NCBI RefSeq assembly: GCF_009914755.1
Contig: NC_060936.1
Direction: 5' to 3' (one strand)
Length of the DNA: 64,000 nucleotides
DNA from: the human T2T-CHM13v2.0 reference genome, Homo sapiens
Made by a program: the position numbers and the translations under genes. Within the stretch, counting starts at the first letter, position 1. Each line of letters begins with the position of its first letter. The notes beneath the pieces are model-generated. The model did no database searches, was not told the DNA's origin, and was given only the letters and a program-made list of their open reading frames with translations. Positions 14,112 to 28,239 of this stretch are shown here, piece after piece.

Positions 14112-15749
14112 CTAAAATTCTCTTTTTTCTGCCAGGCTTTGGTATCAGGATGATGATGAGCTCATAAAATAAGTTAGGGAGGATTTTCTCTTTTTCTATT
14201 GATTGGAATAGTTTCAGAAGGAATGGTACCAGCTCCTCTTTGTACCTCTGGTAGAATTTGGCTGTGAATCCGTCTGGTCCTGGACTTTTTTTTGTTGGTA
14301 GGCTATTAATTATTGCCTCAATTTCAGAGCCTGTTATTGGTCTATTTAGAGATTCAACTTCTTCCTGGTTTAGTCTTGGGAGGGTGTATGTGTCCAGGAA
14401 TTTATCCATTTCTTCTAGAGTTTCTAGTTTATTTGCGTACAGGTGTTTATAGTATTCTCTGATGGTAGTTTGTAATTCTGTGGGATCGGTGATGATATCC
14501 CCTTTATCATTTTTTATTGCTTCTATTTGATTCTTCTCTCTTTTCTTCTTTATTAGTCTTGCTAGCAGTCTATCAATTTTGTTGATCATTTCAAAACACC
14601 AGCTCCTGGATTCATTGATTTTTTGAAGGTTTTTTTGTGTCTCTATCTCCTTCAGTTCTGCTCTGATCTTAGTTATTTCTTGCATTCTGCTAGCTTTTGA
14701 ATTTGTTTGTTTTTGCTTCTCTAGTTCTTTTAATTGTGATGTTAGTGTGTGAATTTTAGATCTTTCCTGCTTTCTCTTGTGGGCATTTAGTGTTATAAAT
14801 TTCTCTCTACACACTGCTTTAAATGTATCCCAGAGATTCTGATATGTTGTGTCTTTGTTCTCACTGGTTTCAAAGAACATCTTTATTTCTGCCTTCTTTT
14901 CGTTATTTACCCAGTAGTCATTCAGGAGCAGGTTGTTCAATTTCCATGTAGTTGTGTGGTTTTGAGTGAGTTTCTTAATCCTGAGTTCTAATTTGATTGC
15001 ACTGTGGTCTGAGAGACAGTTTGTTGTGATTTCTGTTCTTTTACATTTGCTAAGGGATGTTTTACTTCCAATTATGTGGTCAATTTTAGAATAAGTGCGA
15101 TGTGGTGCTGAGAAGAATGTATATTCTGTTGATTTGGGGTGGAGAGTTTTGTAGATGTCTATTAGGTCTGCTTGGTGCAGAGCTGAGTTCAAGTCCTGGA
15201 TATCCTTGTTAACCTTCTGTCTCGTTGATCTGTCTAATATGGACAGTGGGGTGTTAAAGTCTCCCATTATTATTGTTTGGGAGTCTAAGTCTCTTTGTAC
15301 ATCTCTAAGAACTTGCTTTATGAATCTGGGTGCTCCTGTATTGGGTACATATATATTTAAGATAGTTAGCTCTTCTTGTTGAATTGATCCCTTTACCATT
15401 ATGTAATGGCCTTCTTTGTCTCTTTTGATCTTTGTTGGTTTAAAGTCTGTTTTATCAGAGACTAGGATTGCAACCCCTGCTTTTTTTGGCTTTCCATTTG
15501 CTTGGTAGATCTTCCTCCATCCCTTTATTTTGAGCCTATGTGTGTCTCTGCACATGAGTTGGGTCTCCTGAGTACAGCACACTGATGGGTCTTGACTTTT
15601 TATCCAATTTGCCAGTCTGTGTCTGGGGCATTTAGCCCATATACATTTAAGATTAATATTGTTATGTGTGAATTCGATCTTGTCATTATGATATTAGCTG
15701 GTTATTTTGCCGATGAATTGATGCAGTTTCTTTATAGCATAGACGGTCT

Positions 15750-16780
15750 TTACAATTTGGCATGTTTTTGCAGTGGCTGGTACTGGTTGTTCCTTTCCAT
15801 GTTTAGTGCTTCCTTCAGGAGCTCTTGTAAGGCAGGCCTGGTGGTGACACAATCTCTCAGCATTTTCTTGTCTGTAAAGGATTTTATTTCTCCTTCACTT
15901 ATGAAGATTAGTTTGGCAGGATATGAAATTCTGGGTTGAAAATTATTTTCTTTTCTTTAAGAATGTTGAATATTGGCCCCTACTCTCTTCTGGCTTGTAG
16001 GGTTTCTGCCAAGAGATGTGCTGTTAGTCTGATGGGCTTCCCTTTGTGGGTAACCCGACCTTTCTCTCTCGCTGCCCTTAACATTTTTTCCTTCATTTCA
16101 ACCTTGGTGAATCTGACAATTATGTGTCTTGGGGTTGTTCTTCTCAAGGAGTAACTTTGTGGTGTTCTCTGTATTTCCTGAATTTGAAAGTTGGCCTGCC
16201 TTGCTGGGTTGGGGAAGTCCTCCTGGATAATAACCTGAAGAGTGTTTTCCAACTTGGTTCCATTCTCCCTGTCACTTTCAGGTACACCAATCAAATGTAG
16301 ATTTGGTCTTTTCACATAGTCGCTTATTTCTTGGAGGCTTTGTTCGTTTCTTTTTACTCTTTTTTCTCTAATCTTGTCTTCTCACTTTATTTCATTAATT
16401 TGATCTTCAAACACTGATATTCTTTCTTCCACTTGATCAAATTGGCTATTGAAACTTGTGCATGCATCACGTAGTTCTCGTGCCATAGTTTTCAGCTCCA
16501 TCGAGTGATTTAAGGTCTTCTCTACACTGTTTATCCTAGTTAGCCATTCGTCTAACCTTTTTTCAAGGTTTTTAGCATCCTTGCGATGGGTTAGGACATG
16601 CTCCTTTAGCTCAGAGAATTTTGTTATTACTGACCTTCTGAAGCCTACTTCTGTCAACTCATCAAAGTCATTCTCTGTCCAGCTTTGTTCCATTGCTGGC
16701 GAGGAGCTGCGATCCTTTGGAGGAGAAGAGGCATTCTGGTTTTTAAAATTTTCAGCTTTTCTGCTCTGGTTTCTCCCCAT
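15750..16780 (-). pseudogene. L1 ORF1 (RNA-binding protein), disrupted
   Basis: MGRNQSRKAENFKNQ...; premature stops at 16382 and 15980; RRM/CTD motifs RPNLHLIGVPE and ETLQARRE. Confidence 0.95.
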
Positions 16781-17369
16781 CTTTGTGGTTTTATCTACCT
16801 TTGATCTTTGATGTTAGTGAGCTAGAGATGGGCTTTTGGTGTGGATGTCCTTTTTGCTGATGTTGATGCTATTCCTTTCTGTTTGTTAGTTTTCCTTCTA
16901 ACAGTCAGATCCCTCAGCTGCAGGTCTGTTGGAGTTTTCTGGAGGTCCACTCCAGACCCTGTTTGCCTGGGTATCACCAGCAGAAGCTGCAGAACAGGAA
17001 GTATTGCAGAACAGCAAATATTGCTGCCTGATTCTTCCTCTGGAAGCTTCATTCCAGAGGGGCACCTGCCTGTATGAGGTGTCAGTCGGCCCCTACTGGG
17101 AGGTGTCTCCCAGTTAGGCTACACAGGGGTCAGGGACCCACTTGAGGAGGCAATCTGTCTGTTCTCAGAGCTCAAACACCATGGTGGGAGAACCACTGCT
17201 CTCTTCAGAGCTGTCAGACAGGGACGGTTAAGTCTATAAAAGTTTCTGCTGCCTTTTGTTCAGCTATGCCCTGCCCTCAGAGGTGGAGTTTATAGAGGCA
17301 GTAGGCCTTGCTGAGCTCCGCCCAGTTTGAGCGTCCCAGCCACTTTGTTTACCTACTCAAGCCTCAGCA

Positions 17370-17702
17370 ATGACAGAAGCCCCTCCCCCCGCCAGGCTGC
17401 AGCCTTGCAGGTCGATCTCAGACTGCTGCACTAGCAGTGAGCAAGGCTCCGTGGGTGTGGGACCCATCCAGTCAGGCACGGGAGAGAATCTCCTGGTCTG
17501 CCGGTTGCTAAGACCATGGGAAAAGTGCAGTATTTGTGTGGGAGTGTCCCATTTTTCCAGGTACAGTCCATCACAGCTTCTCTTAGCTAAGAAAGGGAAA
17601 TCCCCTGACCCCTTGTGCTTCCCGGGTGAGGCAACACCCCACTCTGCTTTGGCTTGCCCTCCATGGGCTGCACCCACTGTCCGACCAGTCCCAGTGAGAT
17701 GA
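17370..17702 (+). CDS. L1 antisense ORF0 homolog (110 aa, open; expression unknown)
   Basis: MTEAPPPARLQPCRSISDCCTSSEQGSVGVGP resembles L1 ORF0 (MAGAPPPASLPPCSLISDCCASNQRDSVGVGP); donor CCAG|GTACAG at 17560/17561. Confidence 0.5.
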   Translation: MTEAPPPARLQPCRSISDCCTSSEQGSVGVGPIQSGTGENLLVCRLLRPWEKCSICVGVSHFSRYSPSQLLLAKKGKSPDPLCFPGEATPHSALACPPWAAPTVRPVPVR

Positions 17703-19554
17703 ACCAGCTACCTCAGTTAGAAATGCAGAAATCACCCGTCTTCTGTGACAATCACGCTGGGAGCTGCAGACCAGAGCTGTTCCTATTCTGTAATTTCTTA
17801 AGAGATATTTCTAGATGTGGGATTCTTAGGAGCATATTTAAAGTCTTTAATCAATAATTCCCCTACCAACACCACCAGCCCTCCTCCCCAATACTTAGAA
17901 GTCAGAATGGTTCAATGCCAATTGTCATAACACTGTTATTTATTAACCCTGGAAACCAAAACACTGTTTTCTATCTGGACTTGGGGTGGAGTCAGAGATC
18001 CACTCTCCACCAGACTCACATGCCCACTCTAGCCTGTGCCCTTCCCCAAATGCTTAGAGCTAATCTTCATACTCTGAATTCATGATGAAGGTTCTACTGG
18101 TGGGCCAGCTTAAACTAGTCTTCAAAGTGTACAAAAGGCATGTAGATAATGAGCCTCAGTCGTTAAGCAACCTCCTAAGGGAATAAGGGAGGAGATGCTG
18201 TGGTGGTTGCTCCTAACTTCAATGTGAAAGAGAACACAATCCACAACCTTGACTCAACCAAGTGCAGCATTTCAGGTAGAGTTCTACTCCTTATATGGAG
18301 GTACATGGGAATTTCATGGAGTCAGGGCCCCAACTCTCTTCCATCATGTCATTTTAGTAAATTACAGGCAAGCCTGCTACTTCTCAGCAGAGGAATACTA
18401 GTTTTTCTGCCCTGAATGAGTTGAAAGGAAACTGGTGATTACAGGGAGAAGTTTCTTCCTCCACTCCCCAAATTGCTGACTATTTAAACTCCCTGAAAAC
18501 TTGACACTGGGGGTTCTCTGAGCCACTTAATTCCTGTCCATGCCCCAGCTCCCTGACTCCCCACCTGTGAAAGCTATGTAATACTGAAAAGGGTTGCTCA
18601 TCTGCATCTGTGTCCTGTGGGTCCATGAGACCTGTGTACATCCAGGGACCATTACAGAGACCACACCATAGGTTGAAAAGTCACTGGTAAGCTGTGCTCA
18701 GGCCTGCTCCATGATGAAACAGGGGAAGTATGGCAGGGGGAGCCAATAAGCCCTTTCAGTTGTAGACTAAGTTGGAGTGAAAGATAAGGTGAGACAGCCT
18801 CAGTGGTACAGAGTCAGGGTAGGAAGGTGGGACCCTTAGGTTCCAGCCTGGGAACAAGCCCATTCCCTCAAAGGAATGGCTGACAGCTTTCACCGTAACA
18901 TGGACTTCCGTCTCCATTTTCAAAGGGCCTCCCAAGGCCATTTCCCCTACCACCACCAGAAGCAGCACTTCTCCCCCATACTTAGAAGCCAGATCTATCA
19001 GATGGCTACCTTTTCATTCCCCCTGCCTGGTGAGCCATAGAAGCCTCCTAAGGTCATCATGACTAATTCTTGTCTTCCAGGCTAGATAATAACTGAGTTA
19101 CATGTCACCCAGGGGCAGAGCAGGTCATGTCTTGACTGTCCACCAGTCTCCTCCAGCACAGAAAAAGAAAGGAAATGAACCCAGGAGCCTTATGGCTGGT
19201 TGATTTTACATAAGGGCTAGATGGGCTGGATGAGCAGTGTAATGAAATCATCACTGCTCCCGAGCTGGACACAGGCATCCATTGGAATGCATCTGAGTAA
19301 ACTGCTAAATCTTTCATTGTCCAAAGTCAGAGGGCTCCACGAAGGGGAATGCCAAAAGGCTGCTGTGAAGTATTACATCAACTCTTTCCTTCTGAATGTG
19401 ACAGTATTTCTACATGCATAATTGACACAATGAACAGTATTGCCTTGCGGCCACACTGTGAGGCACTGCCTCCCTTATGCAGCACCATTCTTGGCTCTCC
19501 CTGCTGTCCTCATTGGCCTCAAGCCAAAGCCTAATGGGCTGAATCCCTCCCAAA

Positions 19555-21040
19555 ACTGCCCCCAACTTGTAGAATCCTGCAGTAGCCCCCTATTGCCTGC
19601 AGTATGAAATCCAAACTCCTTAGCATGACATGCAAGACATTCCAGATCTGGCCCCAGGCTGATTCTGGCCTCCAGTACCACTGTGTGCTTCCTCTCATCC
19701 TGTGTACCCGAAACATTTGCAGATTCAGTATGTTCTTAGTATGTCCTGCACCTTGATGCTGCCAAACCTTTGCTTGTGTTCCTTGCTCAACCTAATATAC
19801 TTTTTCCTCTTCCTCTATCTGTGGAAAGTCTTCTCATTCTTCTAGGCCTCAATTAAAAGGCACTTGCTCCGTAAAACACTCCTCATTCCATAATTCAGAG
19901 AGCATTAGTCTGTCCTCTGGCCCCCCATCTGCACCCCAATTCAGCTTGTTCCATTCTGTTCTGTATTTTTCATGTGTTCCTTCCTTTGGTGGTCATGTGT
20001 TGAAACATCTACTATGTGCCATCACTGTGCTCAGCACTGGGAATATATACATGGTCCCAGCTTGGAGAACCCACAGTATGGAGGCAGAGACAGATACGCA
20101 AAAAGCTGCAGTACAGGATAACGTGGATAATCCAAATTATGTCCCCTGCCAAAACCTTTCAGTGGTTTCCCACCTTACTCGGAGTGAAATCCAGTCATAA
20201 CTGTTACCTGCAAGACCTCACACAGCCTGGCTCTGATCACCTCTTGGGACTCTTCTCTCATCACTCCCCTCTCTCACTCCAGTGACCTCTGACCTCCCCA
20301 CTGTTCCTCTCACACCCTGCATGGTTTTCCCGAGGGCATTTGCACTGCTGGTCCTTCTGCCTGGAAAGCTCCTCCCTGAGGTGTTTGCATGGCTGGTCCC
20401 CTCACTTCCCTCCAGTCTTTTGTCAAATGTCACCTTCTCAATAAGGCCTCTACTGGCCACCTATCTCCCTCACAGTTTATGTCCACCTTCCTCAGCACTT
20501 ATTCCACTGTATGCACTGTGTATTTTACTCATTTATTGTTCATGGTTTGCTCCTCTGATAGATTGCAAGCTCCGTGTCAGAAGGCATCTTTATCTGTCTT
20601 GTTCCAATGAACGATCTGGAACAGCATCTGGCACATAATAGGTGCTCATTAAAGATCTGCCAAATAAATAAATCACAGAATGAGTGCACGCTATGGGAGA
20701 CAGGAGCAATGGCAAAGGAAGGAACAACTCTGGTAAATCCCCCCAAAATCCACTCCCTAGAGCCCAGATAGTTCACATAAGTGAGAAATGCAAATCCAGA
20801 GAATGGCCTGTATCACTGGCTTCTCCTGCTGGTATAATCAGCAAAATACTAAATGGCTACATGGACTGATCCACAGCTACTCATTCAGCCCCAAATATGA
20901 ATGAAATATCTACTATGTGCCAAGGGGTACTAGGATCTGGGGGCTCAGTGGTGAACAAGACCAGCTGTTCCCTGCCCTTATGGAGTTTATAATCTAATTA
21001 AAAACAAACTGAATGAACAACACAAATTGTAACAAGTGCT
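19555..21040. mobile_element. Cluster of L2 fragments in both orientations
   Basis: AAATCCAAACTCCTTAGCATG; L2 3' tail GGCACATAATAGGTGCTCATTAAAG at ~20630-20655; reverse copies CTACTATGTGCCA at ~20010 and ~20910. Confidence 0.75.
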
Positions 21041-21227
21041 AGAACTCCTGCCCAAGTCATATCCTCCTGGGACTAAGTGGGAATTTTGCTTAGTGGGTAG
21101 AAATGTGGGCTCAGAATCAACTGCCTGATTCAGTTCTAGTTCCACTATTTATTAACTGTGTGACATTGAGTAAGTAACTTATCTTCTCTGAGCTTCAGTT
21201 TCTTCTTTTGCAATATAGGAATCTTAA

Positions 21228-22212
<985 letters not shown>

Positions 22213-23129
22213 TTCCTAGTACCTAATTATTGGGATACTGTGAGGATCAAATAGATAATCCATAAAGAGACTGAAACAGTAAAATATCATCCAGTTGTCA
22301 CTGATGTTAGGAGAAGAAGGGCTCAACTGGGAGATCGAGCGTCACCCAAAGCTATGCTGTATGAAGTCATTACATCAGCTCACTGATAGGTAAGCACATG
22401 CTTTCTGACTAGCATGAATTGTGTCAACGGTTAGTGGCAGAAACAGAAAAAAGCAGCCAGAACTTTTCACTGTGTTGGTCTAATCGACATAGTTACTCCC
22501 TCCTTCCAGCTTGTGATGTGATTATTCTCTTGCTCAGAATAAGATTTGGCTTACTTTAGATCCCATAACTAAGTGTCCATTATGCTGTGTACTGAGCAGC
22601 AAATAGGAAGATCACAGGGCCTCCTGTAGCTGGAGCTTCCATTAGTGCCCTAGGGCAATTGTGTGCTGGTTTCTCAGTGTCCTCACCACTTCTGGCCCCC
22701 TCCGCCATGCCCACAAACACAAGTGACTCTGGACACTGGGAAGCCATGGAGGAGGCTCAAGCTCTTTGAACTGACCAGTTTTCAGTTTTTAATGACCACC
22801 ACCAGTTGCAGCCACCCCAGCTGCACCAATTAGTCCTGAGACTCTAACAGGGTATATTCCCGGGTCCCTTCCAGAATCCCCTTGACACACATCACAGCCC
22901 TGTTCTGCATTTCCTTTGCTTCCCCTACTTTTCTTGCCTTTCCTTTAGAGCTCCCACCTTCCCCAGAAAACTCTCAAGTGGCCACATAATTTCAAAGCAC
23001 CCTTGCTTTTTCTGTGTCCCCAGAGCAGTAGATGACTGTTACTCTAGTACTGAGCACAATGGATCATGGTGCCAGATTATATTCCCCTCTCCACTTAAAC
23101 AGTGACCTCCTTGAAGGCTAATAATGTGT

Positions 23130-23360
23130 TTCTTTTTCTAAATTCCTTTTTTTTCTTTCTTTCTTGCTTTTCTTTTCCTTTCTTTCTTCTTTCTTTTCCT
23201 TTCTTCCTTTCTTTCTTTCTTTCCTTCTCTCTTTCTCGCTTTCTCTCATTTCTTTTCCTTTGTTTTAATAGAGACAGGGTCTCACTTTGTTGTCCAGGCT
23301 GGTTTTGAACTCCTGGCTTCAAGGTACTGGGATTACAGGCATGAGCCACTGTGCCTGGCC
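23130..23360 (-). mobile_element. Alu monomer (FLAM-like, internally deleted) with expanded TTTC-rich tail, inside an L2 3' end
   Basis: ~135-bp CT-rich tract followed by GAGACAGGGTCTCACT...GTGCCTGGCC; L2 tail resumes ~23361-23450. Confidence 0.8.
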
Positions 23361-23794
23361 AACACTGTTTCTTTTTGCTTCATACCTCCTGTGCCTAGCA
23401 TGGGATCTGGCACACAGAGGGAGGATAATAAATGTTGGTTAAGAATGAACAGGGAAGGAAGAAAAGAATGAGCAAATGCCTTCCAAAAAACAAGACAGAG
23501 AAGGGAAGGGTGGGAAAGGACAGTGCAGGATCAAGGGCTGGGCAAGTGCTTGACCCCAGCAAAGGCTACACAAGAGCATATCCTTAGGGATTTTGCAGCA
23601 TAATAAGCATGGAATCTATAGTTCCAGCCCCAGGTCTGTCAGTTACCAACTATGACCCCGGACATTTCACTTACCAGTCTGGGGCTCCATTTCTTCATTG
23701 ACAAAGGAAGAGAGTTGGGCTCTGTGATCTCTTTCTTTGAAACAAATAGAAAAATATATTCCCCACTCCCATCTGCAGGTTTCCTCAAGTCCCC

Positions 23795-24138
23795 TGATAT
23801 GTTTGGCTCTATCCCCACCCAAATTGTATCTTGAATTTCCATGTGTTGTGGGAGGGACCCGGTGAGAGGTAATTGAATCATGGGGGCAGGTTTTCCCATG
23901 CTGTTCTCATGAGAGTGAGTAAGTCCCATAAGATCTGATGGTTTTAAAAGTGGGAGCTTCCCTGCCCAAACTCTCTCTTTGCCTGCTGCCATCCATGTAA
24001 GACATGACTTGCTCCTTTTTGCCCTCTGCTGTGATTGTGAGACCTTCCCAGCCATATGGAACTATAAATCCATTAACCCTCTTTTTCTTCCCAGTCTCAG
24101 GTATGTCTTTATCAGTAGCGTGAAAACAAACTAATACA
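23795..24138 (+). mobile_element. THE1-family MaLR solo LTR
   Basis: TGATATGTTTGGCTCT...AAACTAATACA; perfect 5-bp TSD TCCCC. Confidence 0.93.
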
Positions 24139-24417
24139 TCCCCCTTTATGAAAGAACCCAGAAAGTGTTCTGGTCACTGCAATGCTCTCTATGGATTTAT
24201 CTAGTGTGGTCTTTCTCACACGCGAATGGCTGATTCCAGAATGTAATTGCATCACTCACAGTGTGGTGCTGGCAAGCAGTTGAGGTCTTGGGCACCATGG
24301 GGTCAAATCAGAGTAGAGCTCCATAATCTAGGGTCCACTGTACAAAAGCATAATTTATTCACCACATTTCAGGTAGTATAGTCAGAGAAGGGTGAATTGA
24401 GAGGCATCAGGCATCAG

Positions 24418-24439
24418 CACACACACACACACACACACA
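24418..24439. repeat. (CA)n microsatellite
   Basis: About 11 CA units. Confidence 0.9.
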
Positions 24440-24559
24440 AAGTGCTTAGGGAATAAGAAGGAAGAGACCTGAGAGGGGAGATAAATGGTCTTATATGATC
24501 TTAAATATCACTTTTTTCTTGTCTTGCCTGAAGTAAGACGGATGAGAAATGCTACCCCC

Positions 24560-25290
24560 AGCTAGTATAGGGTAGTAAGCAGTAAAAGTGCAGGGTTTAG
24601 AGACAGCCAGATGTGAGTTGAAATCTCAGCTCTGCCCCTTACTAGCTGTGGGACTTTGAGCAGGTCTCTTCATCTCTCTAAGACTCGGTCTTCTCATGTA
24701 AATATATGGATAAAAATAATGCTTGCCTCCCAGGGTTATTGTGAGAGTTTAAACAATAATGCACAATTATCATCAGTGGAAGCTAAAACCACTAGACAAA
24801 ATACTTACGGGGTTAGTCACATGACCTCAAAGTATCACTCCAGACTACTGTTTAGGCTCTTCAAAACTATCAATGTCATGAAAAGGGAATGCACAAAGGG
24901 GAGGCTGAGAAACTACTCTAATTAAAGGAGATTAAAGAAACAGGAAAAGTAAATGCAATGCGTGATCCTTGGTTAGATCCTAAATTGAGAAAAAGAAGAG
25001 AGGAAGGAAGGAAGGGAGGGAGGAAGGCAAGCAGGCAGGAATTATTGAGAAATAGGGGAAATTTGAACAAAGATTATATAATAGATAATGGAATTGTTTT
25101 AATGTTAACTTTCCTGACTACAGAGAGGGAGCAATTAATAAAACTAGATGTTTCATTGCATATTATTCCAAATTTTTGCAGGTTTTAAACGTTTTCAAAA
25201 TAAGGATTAGGCAGAAAAAATAATGCATGTAAAGTTCATGGTACATAATAAGGGCTCAATGCGCAGCAAATATGATATGCTGGTGATGAT
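24560..25290 (+). mobile_element. MIR interrupted by an old L1MC/ME 3' fragment (~24850-25200)
   Basis: MIR core CAGCTCTGCCCCTTACTAGCTGTG; L1M 3' motif TTCAAAACTATCAATGTCATGAAA...AAATGCAATGCGTGATCCTTGG. Confidence 0.65.
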
Positions 25291-25992
25291 ATCTTGACTT
25301 GATTGAAACTATTAAAATTTCAAAATGCTTATTTTATCTCCACATCTGTTTCTGACTTGCTATGTGAGATGGCTCAAGCCAGTGACCCATTCCAAGGTTC
25401 AGTTTTCCCATCTAGAAAGCAGGAAGACATCAGAGCCACATGTGGAATACGAAAAAGAAACAAATACTGAGAGTATGATAAAGATTACACACATAATGAG
25501 GAAATCAAATTCCTCTCTACGGTTGGGATACATTAACCCATGTTACTGTAATTATGATGGGAACACTCTCTGATTATTCAAATAAAGTCTACCCTGGTGT
25601 ATTTTTTTTCTTTTTGCATTTTCTTTCATACCATGATAAAGTTACTGTCACTCTGTGCTTTTAAAATGTGCTATGAAGCTTAAAAGGGGAAAAGCAATGC
25701 CTGTTTAAGAAAGCTCGAAGAGAAGGCAGGCCCTACTGCATGAGTGACATAATTCCATGAACACTGATTGAATACCTTCCTCTGTGTCAGCCACTTGGGA
25801 TGCAAAAAGAGCAATAAGATGATTTTCTGCTTTTGCTTGAAGGCCTCATGACCTATTGGAGAAAAAAAAAACACATAATCAAGAAATTAGAGAAGCCATA
25901 TATAAACTCTTTGCCGAACATTGTGTCATGTAAAACATAGTAGGTTCATAGTAAGTAGGTATTCACTAAATCACTGTTAAATGAAAGAAGAC

Positions 25993-26040
25993 TGGATGGA
26001 TGGATGGATGGATGGATGGATGGATGGATGGATGGATGGA
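25993..26040. repeat. (TGGA)12 microsatellite
   Basis: Perfect TGGA x12. Confidence 0.97.
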
Positions 26041-26707
26041 TTCATGGACAAACAGGCGGACAACAGAATGGAGAGAATGACATGAGAAACACCAGAAAGA
26101 ATAACTAATTCCATATAAAGACTTTAGGAGGCTGGGGAAAGGCCACTGGTTTATTGATATTTGAAGTGGATGTTGAAGGACCAGGATAATTTCATTTGGA
26201 ATGAAAACCATCTTAGGGGAACAACATAATGTAAGGAATAATTTTTTACTTTTCAATCAAATCTGTCCTATTGGGAGAAAAAAATCAGAGGAATACAATG
26301 TTAGTGATGTAGTCACCTAGGTAAACCTGTTCTGAATCAAAAGAGAGGATGATAGCACTTTCTGGAAGAGGAACAACACAGTTTTGTTCCGTGAGCATTA
26401 TTAAACATGCACCGTGTTGAAACCATTTCTCAGTCTGATGATACAAAGACAGTCAGACATTGCCATAGGCCAGAGAGTCCCATGACTTGGTAGCAAGATT
26501 TTTTTCTACAGATCTTTCTGTACTGGTCCACAAAAGTAAAAGTTAAAGGACAAGAGACAAGCAGTCAAACTTAAAACTAGCTCTTAAGTAAAAGTCTTTG
26601 CTGAACATTGGGTGGCATGTAAAACATAGTTGGGTCAGAGTAAGTAGGAATTCAGCAAATCACTGTTGAATGAAAGAATGGCTGAGTGAATGCATGGATG
26701 GATGGAC

Positions 26708-26730
26708 AGATAGATAAATAGATAGATGAC

Positions 26731-26776
<46 letters not shown>
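26708..26776. repeat. (AGAT)n microsatellite, 11 perfect units at 26731-26774
   Basis: Read directly. Confidence 0.97.
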
Positions 26777-27390
26777 GTGAATGGATTGACAAGCAGACAA
26801 AAGAATGGAAAAGTTGATCACAAATAACTCTAAATACAGGCAAAATAGAAATGCCCAGAGAATTGCCTCCTGAAGAATATGTCTATATCTAAGCTGCCAG
26901 GGGTTGGTTTGGGTTCAAAACAACTTGGTTTGGCTGGTTGGGTTTAAAACAAAAGAGTTTTAAAATGCCTGAAATCACTTAGAAAATGCAAAAGAGTAAA
27001 GAAAGCCAAAGCTTAGAGAAGGATAATTGAAAACAGTACTTGAGTGAGACAATTTATACCCATTGCCATATTTTGATTTTGCCCTAATTATATATTTTCT
27101 TAAGAACTGTAAAGCCTAGGTTACAAGGAAGATACAGCCTAATAGTTTAACTGTTGATCTAATAAGAAGTTTTCCTTTTAGAAAAAGCAAAATAATATGG
27201 CTGAATCATGCTTTTCATCTCTTACCCCTTCTCTGTCACACAGAACTGGCATAAATGTATTCATCTTCCCTCTCTAATTCCTCCAGCTAGTAGGAAGGAA
27301 CTGAAATTGTGGGTACAGTCTAGGAGAAATTACCCGGCTTTTGGAGAATGTCTTACTACCATCCAGAATAAATGACAGTAAAAGACAACG

Positions 27391-27684
27391 GGCTGGGCGT
27401 TGTCCCCAGCACTTTGGGAGGCTGAGGCAGGCAAATTGCTTGAATCCCAGGATTTCAGGGCCAGCCTGGCCAACATGGCAAAACTCCGTCTACTAAAAAA
27501 AATACAGAAATTAGCCAGGCGTGGTGGTGGGCACCTCTAGTCCCAGCTACTCAGGAGGCTGAGGTAGGAGAATCTCTTGAACCCAATAGGCGGAGGTTGC
27601 AGGGGCCAAGATTGCACCACTGCACTCCAGCCCTGGAGACAGAGTGAGACTCCATCTTAATAATAATAATAATAATAATAATGA
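27391..27684 (+). mobile_element. Alu with (TAA)n tail and small 5' internal deletion
   Basis: Alu dimer; TSD TAAAAGACAAC at 27379 and 27685. Confidence 0.95.
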
Positions 27685-28239
27685 TAAAAGACAACAAAGG
27701 CTTATTTTACTGGGGAAATGGTGCGGTGTAGCAGCTAATCATGCTGACTCTGGAATCAGTGTATGGGCGACATCCTTAATCTTCCTAGGCCTCAATTTCC
27801 TAATCTGTAAAATGGGGACAATGACAGTACCTATCTCATAAAGTTGTTATAAAGATTAAAATTATAAAGGATGCAAATCATTAGCGTACTGTAACTCATA
27901 ATAAACACAAAATAAATATTAGCTATTGCTGAGAGATGAAAAATAAAAGCAGATAATTGGGAACTTGATATATAGTGTTCAACTGAACCAGTCACAGCTT
28001 GGTCATTCCACCGGCTGACATTGGAATGAATCAAAATTTGTTTAAACCAATGGCTGTCGATGGGAAGTGGTATTGCCCCCAAGGGAAGTTTGAAAGAAGT
28101 TGTCACAGTGACTAGAAAACTCCACTGGCGCTAAATAGGTGAGAATCACGGGTTCTCCTGCAGTGAGCAGGAGAATCCTGCACAACAGTAAATTGTCATC
28201 TAAAACACCAGCAGCACCCCTAATGTGAAATCCTGGATT

